Assembly (NCBI GenBank): GCA_003209065.1
Contig: QCSX01000004.1
Location: forward strand, 1,328-65,327
Source: Prochlorococcus sp. AG-670-N10
Lineage (GTDB): Bacteria > Cyanobacteriota > Cyanobacteriia > PCC-6307 > Cyanobiaceae
Reading direction: 5' to 3'
Length of the DNA: 64,000 bases
The notes below the pieces were generated by a model. That model had not been told where the DNA came from, searched no databases, and saw nothing but the letters and a program-made list of their open reading frames with translations. Positions 19,467 to 30,261 of the stretch are shown here, in pieces (within the stretch, counting starts at the first letter, position 1; each line of letters opens with the position of its first letter). A program made the translations under genes and the position numbers.

Positions 19467-19678
19467 TAAAGAATATATAAAAAATGATAATCTATTAGCT
19501 GATTTTATTTATAATTAGAATGGCAATTATTTTTTAAAATTATAAAAAAAAAGGCAATTATTTAAAAAATAATTATAAATAAATAATAGAAATTTCAATA
19601 AAAATGATTCTAAAATACCCTGAATATATAGCTATTTAAGTTAGTTTTTAAATAAAAAAATAGCTTAGTTTAAATATT

Positions 19679-19999
19679 TTATTTACTACTGTCTTTTTTT
19701 ATTTGGTTCACTAAGGAGTCGATATCTAATTGATTATATGGGTGGGTTTCGTTTATTCCTTGAGAATTGGTAGGAATATTGTTTAGCCAATTTTGTTCTA
19801 TCTTTATGAGATTTTTAATAATGTTGAAAATACCTCCTTTTTTATAAAATTCTTTAACTTTTTGGGTGATTTCGGAGGTTCGGCTTGATTTGAGATTTAA
19901 TTCATTAGCTAGATCTTTTTGAGTATATCCATGAGATTTCAGCCAAACTTTAATGAAATCTAGTAGTTCTTTTTCTTCTTGCTGAGAAAGTCTACTCAT
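19679..19999 (-). CDS. Hypothetical protein with XRE-like helix-turn-helix
   Basis: 106 aa; IKVWLKSHGYTQKDLANELNLKSSRTSEI resembles an HTH; TAATG coupling to the upstream YkvA-like gene. Confidence 0.7.
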   Translation of the reverse strand: MSRLSQQEEKELLDFIKVWLKSHGYTQKDLANELNLKSSRTSEITQKVKEFYKKGGIFNIIKNLIKIEQNWLNNIPTNSQGINETHPYNQLDIDSLVNQIKKDSSK

Positions 20000-20370
20000 T
20001 AAATAAAAGGGAACAATTTATTAAGTTTCATTTCTGCTCTAGTTCTTATTGAAGGAGTCATATACTTGCTCCAAATACTTAAAACTGCAGTGAGTGCAAC
20101 GAAGTCATCACTAAAACCTACTAAAGGCATAAAATCAGGGAATAAATCAAAAGGCATTATCAAATAAGCTAATGCAGCCATTAAAGAAACCCTTACTTGT
20201 GCTGGAGTAAAAGGGTCAAGAGCCATTTCTAAAACTTCTAAAGCAGGTTTTGCAATTGTCCTCCCAGCCTTTATAAGAATTTTTATAATGATGTTTTCCT
20301 CCAAAGATGAACTTTCTAAAACCTCTGCATCATAAATTTTTTCTTTTTTATTGGTATTTGTCTCATTCAT
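19999..20370 (-). CDS. YkvA/DUF1232 family membrane protein
   Basis: AALAYLIMPFDLFPDFMPLVGFSDD is the DUF1232 signature. Confidence 0.88.
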   Translation of the reverse strand: MNETNTNKKEKIYDAEVLESSSLEENIIIKILIKAGRTIAKPALEVLEMALDPFTPAQVRVSLMAALAYLIMPFDLFPDFMPLVGFSDDFVALTAVLSIWSKYMTPSIRTRAEMKLNKLFPFI

Positions 20371-20393
20371 ACTTTTATATTTATTATAGATTT

Positions 20394-21317
20394 TTAGCTG
20401 ACACTATCTACAAGTCCATTTTGAATTCCAGCTTTTCTGAGTTTTCTCAAGGCCCTCTGTACAACTTGTCTGCAATATTCTCTGCTACAACTCATATGTC
20501 TTGCGACTTCAGCTAAAGTTCTCCATTCATTTGAGCCATCTAAACCGAATCTTAGGCTAACTATCTTTCTTTCTTTCTCAGTAAGATTAGCTTTATCTAA
20601 TAAGGTCCAAGCGGAAGCTGTTCTCTCTGCCAGTTCTGCTAATTCCATGGGAGGGGTTTGATCACTTGGAAGAATGTCAACAAGTTCAGATGGATCTGAC
20701 TTGGATTTAACAGTGCCTTGAAGGCTAACTGTTATGCTTCGTAACTCACAAGAAAGTAATTCATCTATTTCCTCTTTAGTGATTTTCATCTCTTCTGCCA
20801 ATTCAATGCTAGTAGGAGGAAAACCTTTAAGTTGCATTAGCTTTGATTTCGCTGCTCTTAGTTTAGTTAGCTTTTCATTTATATTTACAGGTATTCTTAT
20901 AGTTCTGCTTTGTGTTGATAGTGCTCTATTCAATCCTTGCCTTATCCACCAGTAAGCATAAGTGGAGAATCTATGACCTCTTGAAGGGTCATATTTTTCT
21001 ACAGCTCGTGTAAGACCTAGAGTACCTTCTTGAATTAAATCTAACAATTCTAGACCTTTCCCCTGATATCTTTTTGAGAGATTTACTACTAATCTTAGGT
21101 TTGCTGTAATCATTTCATTCTTAGCTTTTTCACCAATTTTAATTTTCTTTTTTTCCGAATCTGAATATTCACAATCAGGTCCCTTACCACCGGCTGTTTG
21201 ACACCTATTAATAAGTGCAACCATTTCTTGGACTTTTCTTCCCATAGTGAGTTCCTTCTCTGGTGTCAAAAGTTGATGACGACCTATTTCTCCAAGAAAA
21301 TCGCTTAATGAACTCAC
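20394..21317 (-). CDS. Group 2 (RpoD-like) sigma-70 factor
   Basis: GTG start; region 1.2 FLGEIGRHQLLT, region 2 NLRLVV...DLIQEG..GL.RAVEKYDP.RG.RFSTYAYWWIRQ, region 4 LRFGL...TLAEV; no region 1.1. Confidence 0.93.
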   Translation of the reverse strand: MSSLSDFLGEIGRHQLLTPEKELTMGRKVQEMVALINRCQTAGGKGPDCEYSDSEKKKIKIGEKAKNEMITANLRLVVNLSKRYQGKGLELLDLIQEGTLGLTRAVEKYDPSRGHRFSTYAYWWIRQGLNRALSTQSRTIRIPVNINEKLTKLRAAKSKLMQLKGFPPTSIELAEEMKITKEEIDELLSCELRSITVSLQGTVKSKSDPSELVDILPSDQTPPMELAELAERTASAWTLLDKANLTEKERKIVSLRFGLDGSNEWRTLAEVARHMSCSREYCRQVVQRALRKLRKAGIQNGLVDSVS

Positions 21318-21469
21318 GATTTATACCTTATAGTTAATATATTTAACTTATAGTTAATTTCTTAATAAGCTATACATGTAATAATTAATTAATATTTAAT
21401 TAATATTTATTATTTATAAATTTGATTTAATTTATTAATTTATAGTTTCCAAATTTATAAATTAATTAA

Positions 21470-22132
21470 TTATTTATTTTTTCTTCTTGATTCAAGAACA
21501 GTTAGTACATCTCTCCACTGAACTCCTTTATGCAGCAATGCAACTTGAAGATGATAAATTATATCGGAAGCCTCATTTGCGATTTCATTTTTGTCATTAT
21601 CTTTGCAGGCCATAATAAATTCAGCAGTTTCTTCTCCCATTTTTTTTAAGATAGTATTACTACCTTTTGTTAACAAATGATTGGTATAACTTTTTTCTAG
21701 AGGATTAATTGACCTTTCATTAATAGTATCAAATAATTCTGAACAAATATTAGAAAAAGGATTTGTTTTCTTTGCTGTTTTCTTAACTGAATTACTATCG
21801 ATTTCATTGAAAAAACAACTTTTTTCGCCTGTATGGCATGCACCTGAGCCATTCTGTTCTATTGAAAGAACAAGTGCATCATTATCGCAATCAAATCTAA
21901 TTTCTTTAAGAAATTGGGTACTGCCGCTCGTGGCTCCTTTTCTCCATATCTCGGATCTAGATCGACTCCAGTAATGAACATTTCTTGTTTCGAGTGTTTT
22001 ATTTAAAGATTCTTTATTCATCCAAGCCAACATAAGAATAGATCCGTCTAGCCAATCTTGTGCTATTGCAGGGATTAATCCATTATTATCAAAACGAAGT
22101 TCTTCGATGGAAAAATTTGTTGAATAAACCAT
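21470..22132 (-). CDS. hisIE: Bifunctional phosphoribosyl-AMP cyclohydrolase / phosphoribosyl-ATP pyrophosphatase
   Basis: YWSRSR..W.KGATSG, DCDND, ACHTG..SCF, then SYT..L...KKMGEE..E, NEASD..YH. Confidence 0.95.
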   Translation of the reverse strand: MVYSTNFSIEELRFDNNGLIPAIAQDWLDGSILMLAWMNKESLNKTLETRNVHYWSRSRSEIWRKGATSGSTQFLKEIRFDCDNDALVLSIEQNGSGACHTGEKSCFFNEIDSNSVKKTAKKTNPFSNICSELFDTINERSINPLEKSYTNHLLTKGSNTILKKMGEETAEFIMACKDNDKNEIANEASDIIYHLQVALLHKGVQWRDVLTVLESRRKNK

Positions 22133-22195
22133 TATATTTAATGAGTTAGACCTCTTACTCTTTGTTTTACTAAAGCTTATCTTATCAGTTTATTA

Positions 22196-22660
22196 ATGGA
22201 TATTCATTCATCAAAATTTTCTTGCAGCAAAAGTTATGAGGATTTTCCCTGCTCTCATAGGCAATGGCGCCATGATGGACAGTGTAGATTTGTTCATGGT
22301 TATTCAAGGACATTTACCTTTTGGTTCGCTGCTAAAGAATTGGATAAAAATGGTTTTGTCGTTGATTTTTCTGGCTTGAAACCTCTTGAAAAAAGACTTA
22401 AAGAACAGTTTGATCATACATTTCTTGTAAATAGTGATGATCCTTTATTAAATTACTGGAGAAAATTACATGATTTAGATGCTTTAAATTTGAAGATTAT
22501 GGATAATGTTGGAATGGAATATTCTTCTGAAATGATTTGGCAATGGGCTAATGAATACTTGAAGGATAATGATAAAGGAAGAACATGCTGCTGGAAAACT
22601 GAATCAAAAGAAAATAAATCAAATTCTGCTAGTTATGAAAGATTCCCAGAGTGGTTTTAA
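22196..22660 (+). CDS. 6-carboxytetrahydropterin synthase / 6-pyruvoyl-tetrahydropterin synthase family
   Basis: SHRQW...G.C..VHGY, VVDF, FDH.FL, E...NSA.Y T-fold motifs. Confidence 0.85.
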   Translation: MDIHSSKFSCSKSYEDFPCSHRQWRHDGQCRFVHGYSRTFTFWFAAKELDKNGFVVDFSGLKPLEKRLKEQFDHTFLVNSDDPLLNYWRKLHDLDALNLKIMDNVGMEYSSEMIWQWANEYLKDNDKGRTCCWKTESKENKSNSASYERFPEWF

Positions 22661-22714
22661 GATTTATTTAAAAGTTTATAAACAAATTTAAAAAAAAATA
22701 CTTTAATCAAAATA

Positions 22715-25297
22715 TCAATTTACAAATATGCATCCATCTTTAATAGAAATATAAACCTCTTTTTTATTTAAGTAATTGTTATTGAGAATATTATTTGCAA
22801 TTTTTGTCTCGATTTCTTTTTGAATAATTCTTTTTAATGGTCTTGCTCCATAACTATTATCAAAACTATTTTTGACTAGATGGTCAATAGCCTCATCTGT
22901 AATTTGAAAGTTTAAGTCTTTTTTGATAAGTCTATTTTCTAGGTTTTTTAGTTGTATTTTGGCTATATCTTTTAATTCATTTAATTCCAAATTTTGAAAT
23001 ATTATTATTTCATCTAGGCGGTTTAAGAATTCTGGTTTAAAAAATTTCTTCAATTCAACATTCACAATATTTTTAATCTCATTTTTATCTTCGTTCCTAA
23101 TAGATAAATCATTTATAGATTGACTTCCTAAATTACTTGTAAGAACAATTATTGAATTTTTAAAACTAATTGTTCTGCCTTGCCCATCGGTAATAATCCC
23201 ATCATCAAGAACTTGTAATAAGATATCTAAAACATCTTTGTGGGCTTTTTCTATTTCATCTAGGAGTATAAGAGAGTAAGGGTTTTTCCTGACGGCTTCG
23301 GTTAATTGGCCTCCTGATTCAAAACCTAGATACCCTGGCGGGGCACCAATAATTTTGCTTACTGAATGCTTTTCCATATATTCAGACATGTCTAGTCTCG
23401 TGATTGATGAATTCGAGTCAAATATTGTTTTGGCTAATACTTTGCTTAGTTCAGTCTTTCCTACTCCTGTTGGCCCTAAAAATAAAAAACTAGCTATTGG
23501 TCTATTGGGATCATTTAGTCCTGTCCTTGATCTCTTGATTGAATCTGAAACGGCGCATATGGCATTATTTTGACCAATAATTTTTTCTTTAAGAGTTAAT
23601 TCTAGTTTTAAAAGTTTTTCTTTTTCAGATTGATTTAAATTATTTACTGGAATAGAAGTCCACTTCGAAACAACTTCCGCTATGTCATCAAAATTGACTT
23701 CTTGCCTTAAAAGATTCTTTTCACCATTTTTAAAAGAATCTACTAAATTCTCACTTTTGATTTTTAATTTTTTTTGTAAAGAAATTAAGGTTCCAAATTC
23801 TAACTCTGCGGCTTTATTAAGATCAAAGCTTCTTTTGGCTTGTTCAATTTTTAATTGAGTAGATTCAATTTCTTCTTTTAAATTACTAATCTCGTCAATT
23901 TCTTCTTTCTCTTTTCGCCATTGATGGTTTAATTCAGATTGCCTAATCTTAAGATCGTGAAGCTCATTATTAATTCTTTTAAGCCTTTCTAAAGAAAAAT
24001 TATCTGATTCCCTTTGTAAGGATAAATTCTCCATTTCTAGTTGTAAAACTTTTCTATCAATCTCATCAATTTCTTCTGGTTTGGATGTTATTACCATATT
24101 TAATCTTGAAGCCGCTTCATCAATTAGATCGATTGCTTTGTCTGGTAGGAATCTATCATTAATATATCTTTCACTTAAGCTAGCAGCAGCAACAAGAGCA
24201 TTATCAGAAATTCTTACACTATGATGAACCTCATATTTTTCTCTTAGCCCTCTAAGTATTGAAATCGTATCATCTACTGAAGGAGCGTTAATTTTTATTT
24301 TCTGAAATCTCCTTTCAAGAGCAGGATCTTTTTCAATATTTTGTTTATGCTCATTAATTGTCGTAGCACCTATACATCTTAATTCCCCCCTTGCGAGCAT
24401 TGGTTTCAAGAGATTACTGGCATCTAAAGATCCACCAGTTGCTCCAGCACCAACAACTGTATGAATTTCATCTATAAAAAGAATAATCTTACCCTCAGAA
24501 CTTTTAACTTTTTTTAAAACATTTTTAATTCTCTCTTCAAATTCGCCTCGGTATTTTGCTCCAGCTATTAATGAACCCATATCGATTGATATTAATTGCC
24601 TATTATTTAATGAAGATGGGACATCTCCATTAACGATTCGCTGAGCTAAACCTTCTACTATTGCAGTTTTACCTACTCCAGGTTCTCCTATTAGAACAGG
24701 ATTATTTTTGGTTCTTCTGCTTAATATTTGGATCGTTCTTCTGATCTCTTCATCCCTCCCAATAACAGGGTCAAGGATGCCATCCCTAGCTGATTTTGTA
24801 AGATCAATGCCAAATTTATCTAAAGTTTCATTTGAACTTTCAAAATTATCATTAATCGTGGATTCAGATTTCATCTTATTTAAAAGTTCTAAAAATTCAG
24901 GGATTTTTTTTGTATTTAAAACTAATTCACTGCAAACTTCATCATAAGATAAACCGTAAAGTATGTGTTCTGTTGATATCACTACATCATTAAGCGAAAC
25001 TCTTAAATCATTTGCTTTTAAAAAAACTTTTTCTGTGGTTTTTCCTATAAATAGAGTTTTTTGTTTATTCTTCATTTTTGCTTTCGCATCCAATAAAGAA
25101 GTTAACTTTGTTTCTATCTTTCTAATATTTACACAATTTTTTTTTAGTATTTTAGAGGTGAAAATATCTTGTTTTATTAGTGCAAGCAATATATTTTCAG
25201 AATCTATATTTTGCTGAAAATTATTTTGTGCAATTTCCTTTGATAAAATAAAAATATCCCAAGCAGAATTGGAGAATTCACTTGGGACAAATTTCAT
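22715..25297 (-). CDS. clpB: ATP-dependent disaggregase ClpB (divergent ClpB2-like paralog)
   Basis: Two AAA+ modules ([16 protein letters not shown]), [11 protein letters not shown] and GAPPGYLGF pore loops, coiled-coil M domain (KAAELEFG). Confidence 0.92.
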   Translation of the reverse strand: MKFVPSEFSNSAWDIFILSKEIAQNNFQQNIDSENILLALIKQDIFTSKILKKNCVNIRKIETKLTSLLDAKAKMKNKQKTLFIGKTTEKVFLKANDLRVSLNDVVISTEHILYGLSYDEVCSELVLNTKKIPEFLELLNKMKSESTINDNFESSNETLDKFGIDLTKSARDGILDPVIGRDEEIRRTIQILSRRTKNNPVLIGEPGVGKTAIVEGLAQRIVNGDVPSSLNNRQLISIDMGSLIAGAKYRGEFEERIKNVLKKVKSSEGKIILFIDEIHTVVGAGATGGSLDASNLLKPMLARGELRCIGATTINEHKQNIEKDPALERRFQKIKINAPSVDDTISILRGLREKYEVHHSVRISDNALVAAASLSERYINDRFLPDKAIDLIDEAASRLNMVITSKPEEIDEIDRKVLQLEMENLSLQRESDNFSLERLKRINNELHDLKIRQSELNHQWRKEKEEIDEISNLKEEIESTQLKIEQAKRSFDLNKAAELEFGTLISLQKKLKIKSENLVDSFKNGEKNLLRQEVNFDDIAEVVSKWTSIPVNNLNQSEKEKLLKLELTLKEKIIGQNNAICAVSDSIKRSRTGLNDPNRPIASFLFLGPTGVGKTELSKVLAKTIFDSNSSITRLDMSEYMEKHSVSKIIGAPPGYLGFESGGQLTEAVRKNPYSLILLDEIEKAHKDVLDILLQVLDDGIITDGQGRTISFKNSIIVLTSNLGSQSINDLSIRNEDKNEIKNIVNVELKKFFKPEFLNRLDEIIIFQNLELNELKDIAKIQLKNLENRLIKKDLNFQITDEAIDHLVKNSFDNSYGARPLKRIIQKEIETKIANNILNNNYLNKKEVYISIKDGCIFVN

Positions 25298-25373
25298 TTA
25301 AGCCAATGTAATTAATTTAATTAATTAAAGTAATCTCAATATTTAGTAAATATTTTTTAATTAATTAGGTATT

Positions 25374-25724
25374 TTATTCAACAATTATTTTACCTACCAT
25401 CCCTGCACCTCTGTGAGGCTCACAATAGTAGTCAAAAGTTCCTGCTGTATCAAATGTTTCTTCCCATGATTCGCCAGGAGCGAAAGCTAAATCAGCATGA
25501 CTTAATTCTTCATGGCCATCAAAAACAGCATTATGAGGAGCTAATTTATTATTGATGAATTTAACAGTATCACCTGTACTGATAGTTACAGAACTTGGTT
25601 CAAAAGCTAACATCCCAGCGTCAGTACCAAGCTTAACTTCAACAGTTTTAGCAGAAACAGAAGAAATTCCTAGGCCCAGTGTTAAAACTATTGCAAAAAA
25701 ACCTGCAAAGATTGAACGTAACAT
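25374..25724 (-). CDS. petE: Plastocyanin precursor
   Basis: Signal peptide, PHNAVF and [11 protein letters not shown]u-ligand motifs. Confidence 0.98.
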   Translation of the reverse strand: MLRSIFAGFFAIVLTLGLGISSVSAKTVEVKLGTDAGMLAFEPSSVTISTGDTVKFINNKLAPHNAVFDGHEELSHADLAFAPGESWEETFDTAGTFDYYCEPHRGAGMVGKIIVE

Positions 25725-25782
25725 AATTTAAATTTACTATTTATATATATTACAAGGTTTTTGGAACTAAATCGCGAGAAGT

Positions 25783-26766
25783 TTAATTGATATTACAACC
25801 TGGTAACTTTGCTAACCTTAAAACATCTTGCAGGGATCTAGCATAACTTTTTAAATTTAATTTCTCAGGATTCGTTATTGGCACATGGTTAAAGTCATAT
25901 TTTTTTATGCTGAAGCTATCCCAAGGAGTCATTTGAATAGGAAGCACTCTTAATAATATTTTCATTATTGTTTTTGTTAAGCGGATGGAAAAATATCTAT
26001 TCATTCCGTTTCTCTTTAAAAGGATATTTATCGCATCATCAATTGAAATAAAGTTTTGACCTAATACAAATTTTCTGAACCCTTTATAATTCTCTTCTTT
26101 ATGATTTTTAATTAGAAACCCACAAATTTGTGCAATATCATTGGCATGTATAAAGTGAAACTTTGAGTCAAGTTTTAGAAATCTTGCCATCCAAAGCCAT
26201 TTATTTATTTCTTTCAATCCGCTTGTTAAATAGCTCACGGGATACTTACTTCTTTTATTAAGAGTCCCTCCAAAAACTAATGTAGGAAAAACTGCGAATG
26301 TTTTTTCTGCAAATGAGCTCTCTTTAAGTCTTTCAAAACACTTATATTTTGTTTGAATATATTCTGTTCCATAAGTTAAAGATTCCCTCATTAATTCACA
26401 TTTTTCATTGAGTATGCTGGCTGTTGAAAAATAAATTATTTTCTCTAATTTATCTTTTTCAAGCATTCCCAGTAACTCTTCGAAGGCTTTTATGTTTACA
26501 TCATAGGCTCTTTTGGGATCACCCCAAGCAGTCGCAGTGTGGATAAGAAAATTTACCTGACTAATTTCTTTCCTAAATCTATTGCATTCTCTGATATCAC
26601 ATATAAGCAATTTAATCCGCTTGTTCTTCTGTATAGCAAGGGGGAGCTTATTTTTATCTCTTACCATGAGATAAAGCCTAAATCGAGTGTTTCTTAAAAA
26701 CCAATCAATCAAATATTGGCCAACACATCCGTTAGAACCTGTTATTAATAAGTTTTTAATTGCCAA
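25783..26766 (-). CDS. NAD(P)-dependent epimerase/dehydratase-like oxidoreductase (extended SDR)
   Basis: LLITGSNGCVG Rossmann motif, HTATAWG, Y...K (YIQTK); follows hemE. Confidence 0.8.
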   Translation of the reverse strand: MAIKNLLITGSNGCVGQYLIDWFLRNTRFRLYLMVRDKNKLPLAIQKNKRIKLLICDIRECNRFRKEISQVNFLIHTATAWGDPKRAYDVNIKAFEELLGMLEKDKLEKIIYFSTASILNEKCELMRESLTYGTEYIQTKYKCFERLKESSFAEKTFAVFPTLVFGGTLNKRSKYPVSYLTSGLKEINKWLWMARFLKLDSKFHFIHANDIAQICGFLIKNHKEENYKGFRKFVLGQNFISIDDAINILLKRNGMNRYFSIRLTKTIMKILLRVLPIQMTPWDSFSIKKYDFNHVPITNPEKLNLKSYARSLQDVLRLAKLPGCNIN

Positions 26767-26774
26767 AATTTAAA

Positions 26775-27815
26775 TTAATAAGTTAGTTTTTTACCATGTT
26801 CAAAAAATGTTTGAGCATTTTCTTCTGGTGTGCCTGGTAAAATTCCATGACCTAAATTAAGAATATATTTTCTCTCTTTTACTTTATTGAAAGTATTATC
26901 GATTCTCTCTTTTATTGAATCTTTATTGCCAAATAATATACCTGGATCAACATTTCCCTGTATCCCAATTCCTGTAGGGATTCGCTTGCAAGCCTCCTCA
27001 ATATCTACAGTCCAGTCTAGTGAAATTATATCTACACCAGTTTTAGCCATTCTTTCTAATAACCCAGCACTTCCCGATATATACAATATTATCGGAGTAT
27101 CTGGGAATTCTTCTTTAACGATGTCAACAACTTTCTTTTGATAAGGGCCAGCAAAAATATCGTAGTCTTGAGGACTTAATTGTCCTGCCCAAGAGTCAAA
27201 AATTTGTACAACTTGAGCGCCAGATTTTATTTGGTACTTTAAATACTCACCAATGGATTTTGCAAAGTGATCCAGAAGTTTGTGAAGTAAATCAGGTTCT
27301 TTAAAAGCCATTGACTTTATTAAAGAATAATTTTTACTGCTTTTACCTTCAACGACATATGCAGCCAAAGTCCAAGGTGCTCCAACGAAGCCAAGAACCG
27401 TTGCTTCATTTTTTACATCTTTTTTTAATGATGAAAGGACTTCTCCCACAAAACTTAAACTTTCGTTCGGAATTAATTCTTTTAAATTTTCTATTTGGTG
27501 AATATTTCTTATTGGATCTTCTATTATTGGACCCTTACTTTCTATTATTTCAAAGTTGATTCCCATTCCTGGAAGAGGGGTAAGTATATCTGAAAAAAGA
27601 ATTACACCATCTGGCTTGAAAGCCAAAAAAGGTTGCATTGAAATTTCATAAGAGAGTTCTGGGTTCTCAGATCTTTCCCTAAAGCTTGGGTAACGTTCTC
27701 TTAAATCTCTGTAAATCTTCATATATCTGCCTGCTTGTCTCATCATCCATACTGGAGGCCTATTAACTTTCTTTCCTAAGGCAGCAGATAGTAAAAGTGG
27801 TAAATTCTCACCCAT
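26775..27815 (-). CDS. hemE: Uroporphyrinogen decarboxylase
   Basis: [38 protein letters not shown]. Confidence 0.98.
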   Translation of the reverse strand: MGENLPLLLSAALGKKVNRPPVWMMRQAGRYMKIYRDLRERYPSFRERSENPELSYEISMQPFLAFKPDGVILFSDILTPLPGMGINFEIIESKGPIIEDPIRNIHQIENLKELIPNESLSFVGEVLSSLKKDVKNEATVLGFVGAPWTLAAYVVEGKSSKNYSLIKSMAFKEPDLLHKLLDHFAKSIGEYLKYQIKSGAQVVQIFDSWAGQLSPQDYDIFAGPYQKKVVDIVKEEFPDTPIILYISGSAGLLERMAKTGVDIISLDWTVDIEEACKRIPTGIGIQGNVDPGILFGNKDSIKERIDNTFNKVKERKYILNLGHGILPGTPEENAQTFFEHGKKLTY

Positions 27816-27943
27816 TTTTTGAGTACAATATGATTTTTTTTAAAAATTAAAAATCTTTAACCTAAAAATTTTACAACGTGGAGCAGATTAAAATCACTAT
27901 GTGAAGAATTAAATGAAATTGACTAATAAATAAACCTTTATTA

Positions 27944-30205
27944 TTACTTTAATTGATGCTTAAAGATACTTACACTTAGCGGTGGCAAAACAATTTCAAG
28001 AGCATTTTCATAATTATGAATATTATATTTTAACGTTTCCTTACCTCCCATATTCCCTTTGTTACTGCCGCCATATTTAGAACCGTCTGAATTGAAAATC
28101 TCTCTATAGAAGCCCTCTAAAGGAACACCTATTTTATAGGATCCATGAAAGTTAGGGGTAAAGTTTGCAACAACTACAAGCCATTCATTACTTTCATTTT
28201 CCCTTCTCATAAAACTGATAACTGAATTGGAGGTGTCATCGCAATCTATCCATTGGAATCCATAAGGATCAAAGTCATTTTTCCATAAAGAAGGTTCATT
28301 TTTATAAAGTTTATTTAAGTCATCAACCAAGTTTCTAATACCTTTATGGGGTTCAAATTCTAAAAGTTCCCATTGAAGATCATCCCAAACATTCCATTCT
28401 TGCCTTTGCCCAAATTCCATTCCCATAAAAATTGTCTTTTTACCAGGATGTGTCCACATGTAAGTTAATAAAGCCCTTGTATTCGCAAATTTTTTCCAAT
28501 CATCTCCTGGCATTTTATGTAAAAGATGACTTTTTCCATGAACAACTTCATCGTGACTAAGGGCAAGCATAAAATTTTCGGTGTAATTATAAGTTATTGA
28601 AAAGGTCACACTATTTTGATGAAATTGCCTAAACCAGGGATCTATTTCAAAATAATCGAGCATATCGTGCATCCACCCCATATTCCATTTTAAATTGAAA
28701 CCTAGTCCACCTACATTTGTAGGCTCGGTAACCATGGGCCAAGTTGTGGATTCTTCAGCAATAGATAGTGCACCAGGAAAATGCTGAAAAAGTACATGGT
28801 TTGCTTGCTGAAGAAATTTAACAGCTTCTAAATTTTCATTCCCACCATTTTCATTTGGAATCCATTCACCCTCAGGACGTAAATAGTCTCTATATAACAT
28901 TGAAGCTACAGCATCTACTCTTATCCCATCAATATGGAATTCTTCAAACCAATAAATAAGGTTTGCTACTAAAAAATTCCTTACTTCATTTCTACTGTAG
29001 TTAAATATTAAAGTACCCCATTCTTTATGCTCTCCAATACGAGGATCGCCGTGTTCATAAAGATGACAACCATCAAAGAAAGCTAAACCATGCTTATCTT
29101 TTGGAAAATGGCCAGGAACCCAGTCTAGAATTACACCTATACCCTCTGCATGACATCTATTTATAAACTCTTTGAATTCATTAGGAGTGCCATATCTACT
29201 TGTCGGGGCGTACCAGCCGGTGACTTGATAGCCCCAGGAACCATCGAAAGGATGTTCCGAAATAGGCATTAATTCTATATGAGTAAATCCTCTTTCTTTT
29301 ACGTATGGGATAAGCTTTTCTGTTAACTCTGGATAAGTTAAAAACCTTGTCCCAGGTTTTAAATCTGCTGCAGGAACTGGAGATCTTGACTGTCCATTTT
29401 TTTCAATATATTTATTCTCAATTGAATCGTGCATCCAACTTCCCAAATGCATCTCATAAACTGAAATAGGTTTATTAATTTGACTAGATGAATCCCTATT
29501 AGTTATCCAAGAACTATCTTCCCAATTGAAATCGTTAAGTTTAGATACTATTGAGCCATTTTGGGGTCTGATTTCATGAAGGAAACCATATGGATCTGCT
29601 TTTTCATAAATATGTCCTTGTTGAGTTCTTATTTCATATTTATAAGCATCTCCTTCTTTCATTGTTGGCATAAATAATTCCCAAATACCACCCAGCCTTT
29701 TTTGCATAGGATGATGTCTCCCGTCCCAAGAATTTATATCTCCGATTATTGATATTGATTTTGCATTTGGTGCCCAAATACAGAACATTACCCCTTTTTG
29801 ATTTGTCTCTTCATGGATGTGAGCTCCCATTTTTTTCCAAATATGATGGTGATTACCTTCAGCAAAAAGGTGTCTGTCTAATTCCCCCATCCATTCTTCC
29901 CTGTAAGCCCAAGGATCTTGCTGTGAATGAGAAACTCCTCCTCTTTGTACATTAATTTGATAATTATTTTTGGGGTCTTCGGGAAGTGTTACTTCAAACA
30001 GCCATTTATGATTTAACGTAGTTGTTTTATATGTTTTATCTTTAAAAGTAATACTTACTTCATCTGCCTCAGGCATCCATACTCTTGTTACCCAATGTCC
30101 ATTAACGAAATGGGGACCTAAAATATTTAATGGATTATCATTGCAACAATTTTCGAGGTTGAAAGCTTCTGATTTAATCCAGTCTGCTTGAATAGTTTCT
30201 TTCAT
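27944..30205 (-). CDS. glgB: 1,4-alpha-glucan branching enzyme
   Basis: [41 protein letters not shown]13 catalytic regions. Confidence 0.97.
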   Translation of the reverse strand: MKETIQADWIKSEAFNLENCCNDNPLNILGPHFVNGHWVTRVWMPEADEVSITFKDKTYKTTTLNHKWLFEVTLPEDPKNNYQINVQRGGVSHSQQDPWAYREEWMGELDRHLFAEGNHHHIWKKMGAHIHEETNQKGVMFCIWAPNAKSISIIGDINSWDGRHHPMQKRLGGIWELFMPTMKEGDAYKYEIRTQQGHIYEKADPYGFLHEIRPQNGSIVSKLNDFNWEDSSWITNRDSSSQINKPISVYEMHLGSWMHDSIENKYIEKNGQSRSPVPAADLKPGTRFLTYPELTEKLIPYVKERGFTHIELMPISEHPFDGSWGYQVTGWYAPTSRYGTPNEFKEFINRCHAEGIGVILDWVPGHFPKDKHGLAFFDGCHLYEHGDPRIGEHKEWGTLIFNYSRNEVRNFLVANLIYWFEEFHIDGIRVDAVASMLYRDYLRPEGEWIPNENGGNENLEAVKFLQQANHVLFQHFPGALSIAEESTTWPMVTEPTNVGGLGFNLKWNMGWMHDMLDYFEIDPWFRQFHQNSVTFSITYNYTENFMLALSHDEVVHGKSHLLHKMPGDDWKKFANTRALLTYMWTHPGKKTIFMGMEFGQRQEWNVWDDLQWELLEFEPHKGIRNLVDDLNKLYKNEPSLWKNDFDPYGFQWIDCDDTSNSVISFMRRENESNEWLVVVANFTPNFHGSYKIGVPLEGFYREIFNSDGSKYGGSNKGNMGGKETLKYNIHNYENALEIVLPPLSVSIFKHQLK

Positions 30206-30261
30206 GACTGGTAGCTATTAAGGAATTAGTTTATCAAATTATCAACCAAATAAAAATAAAT

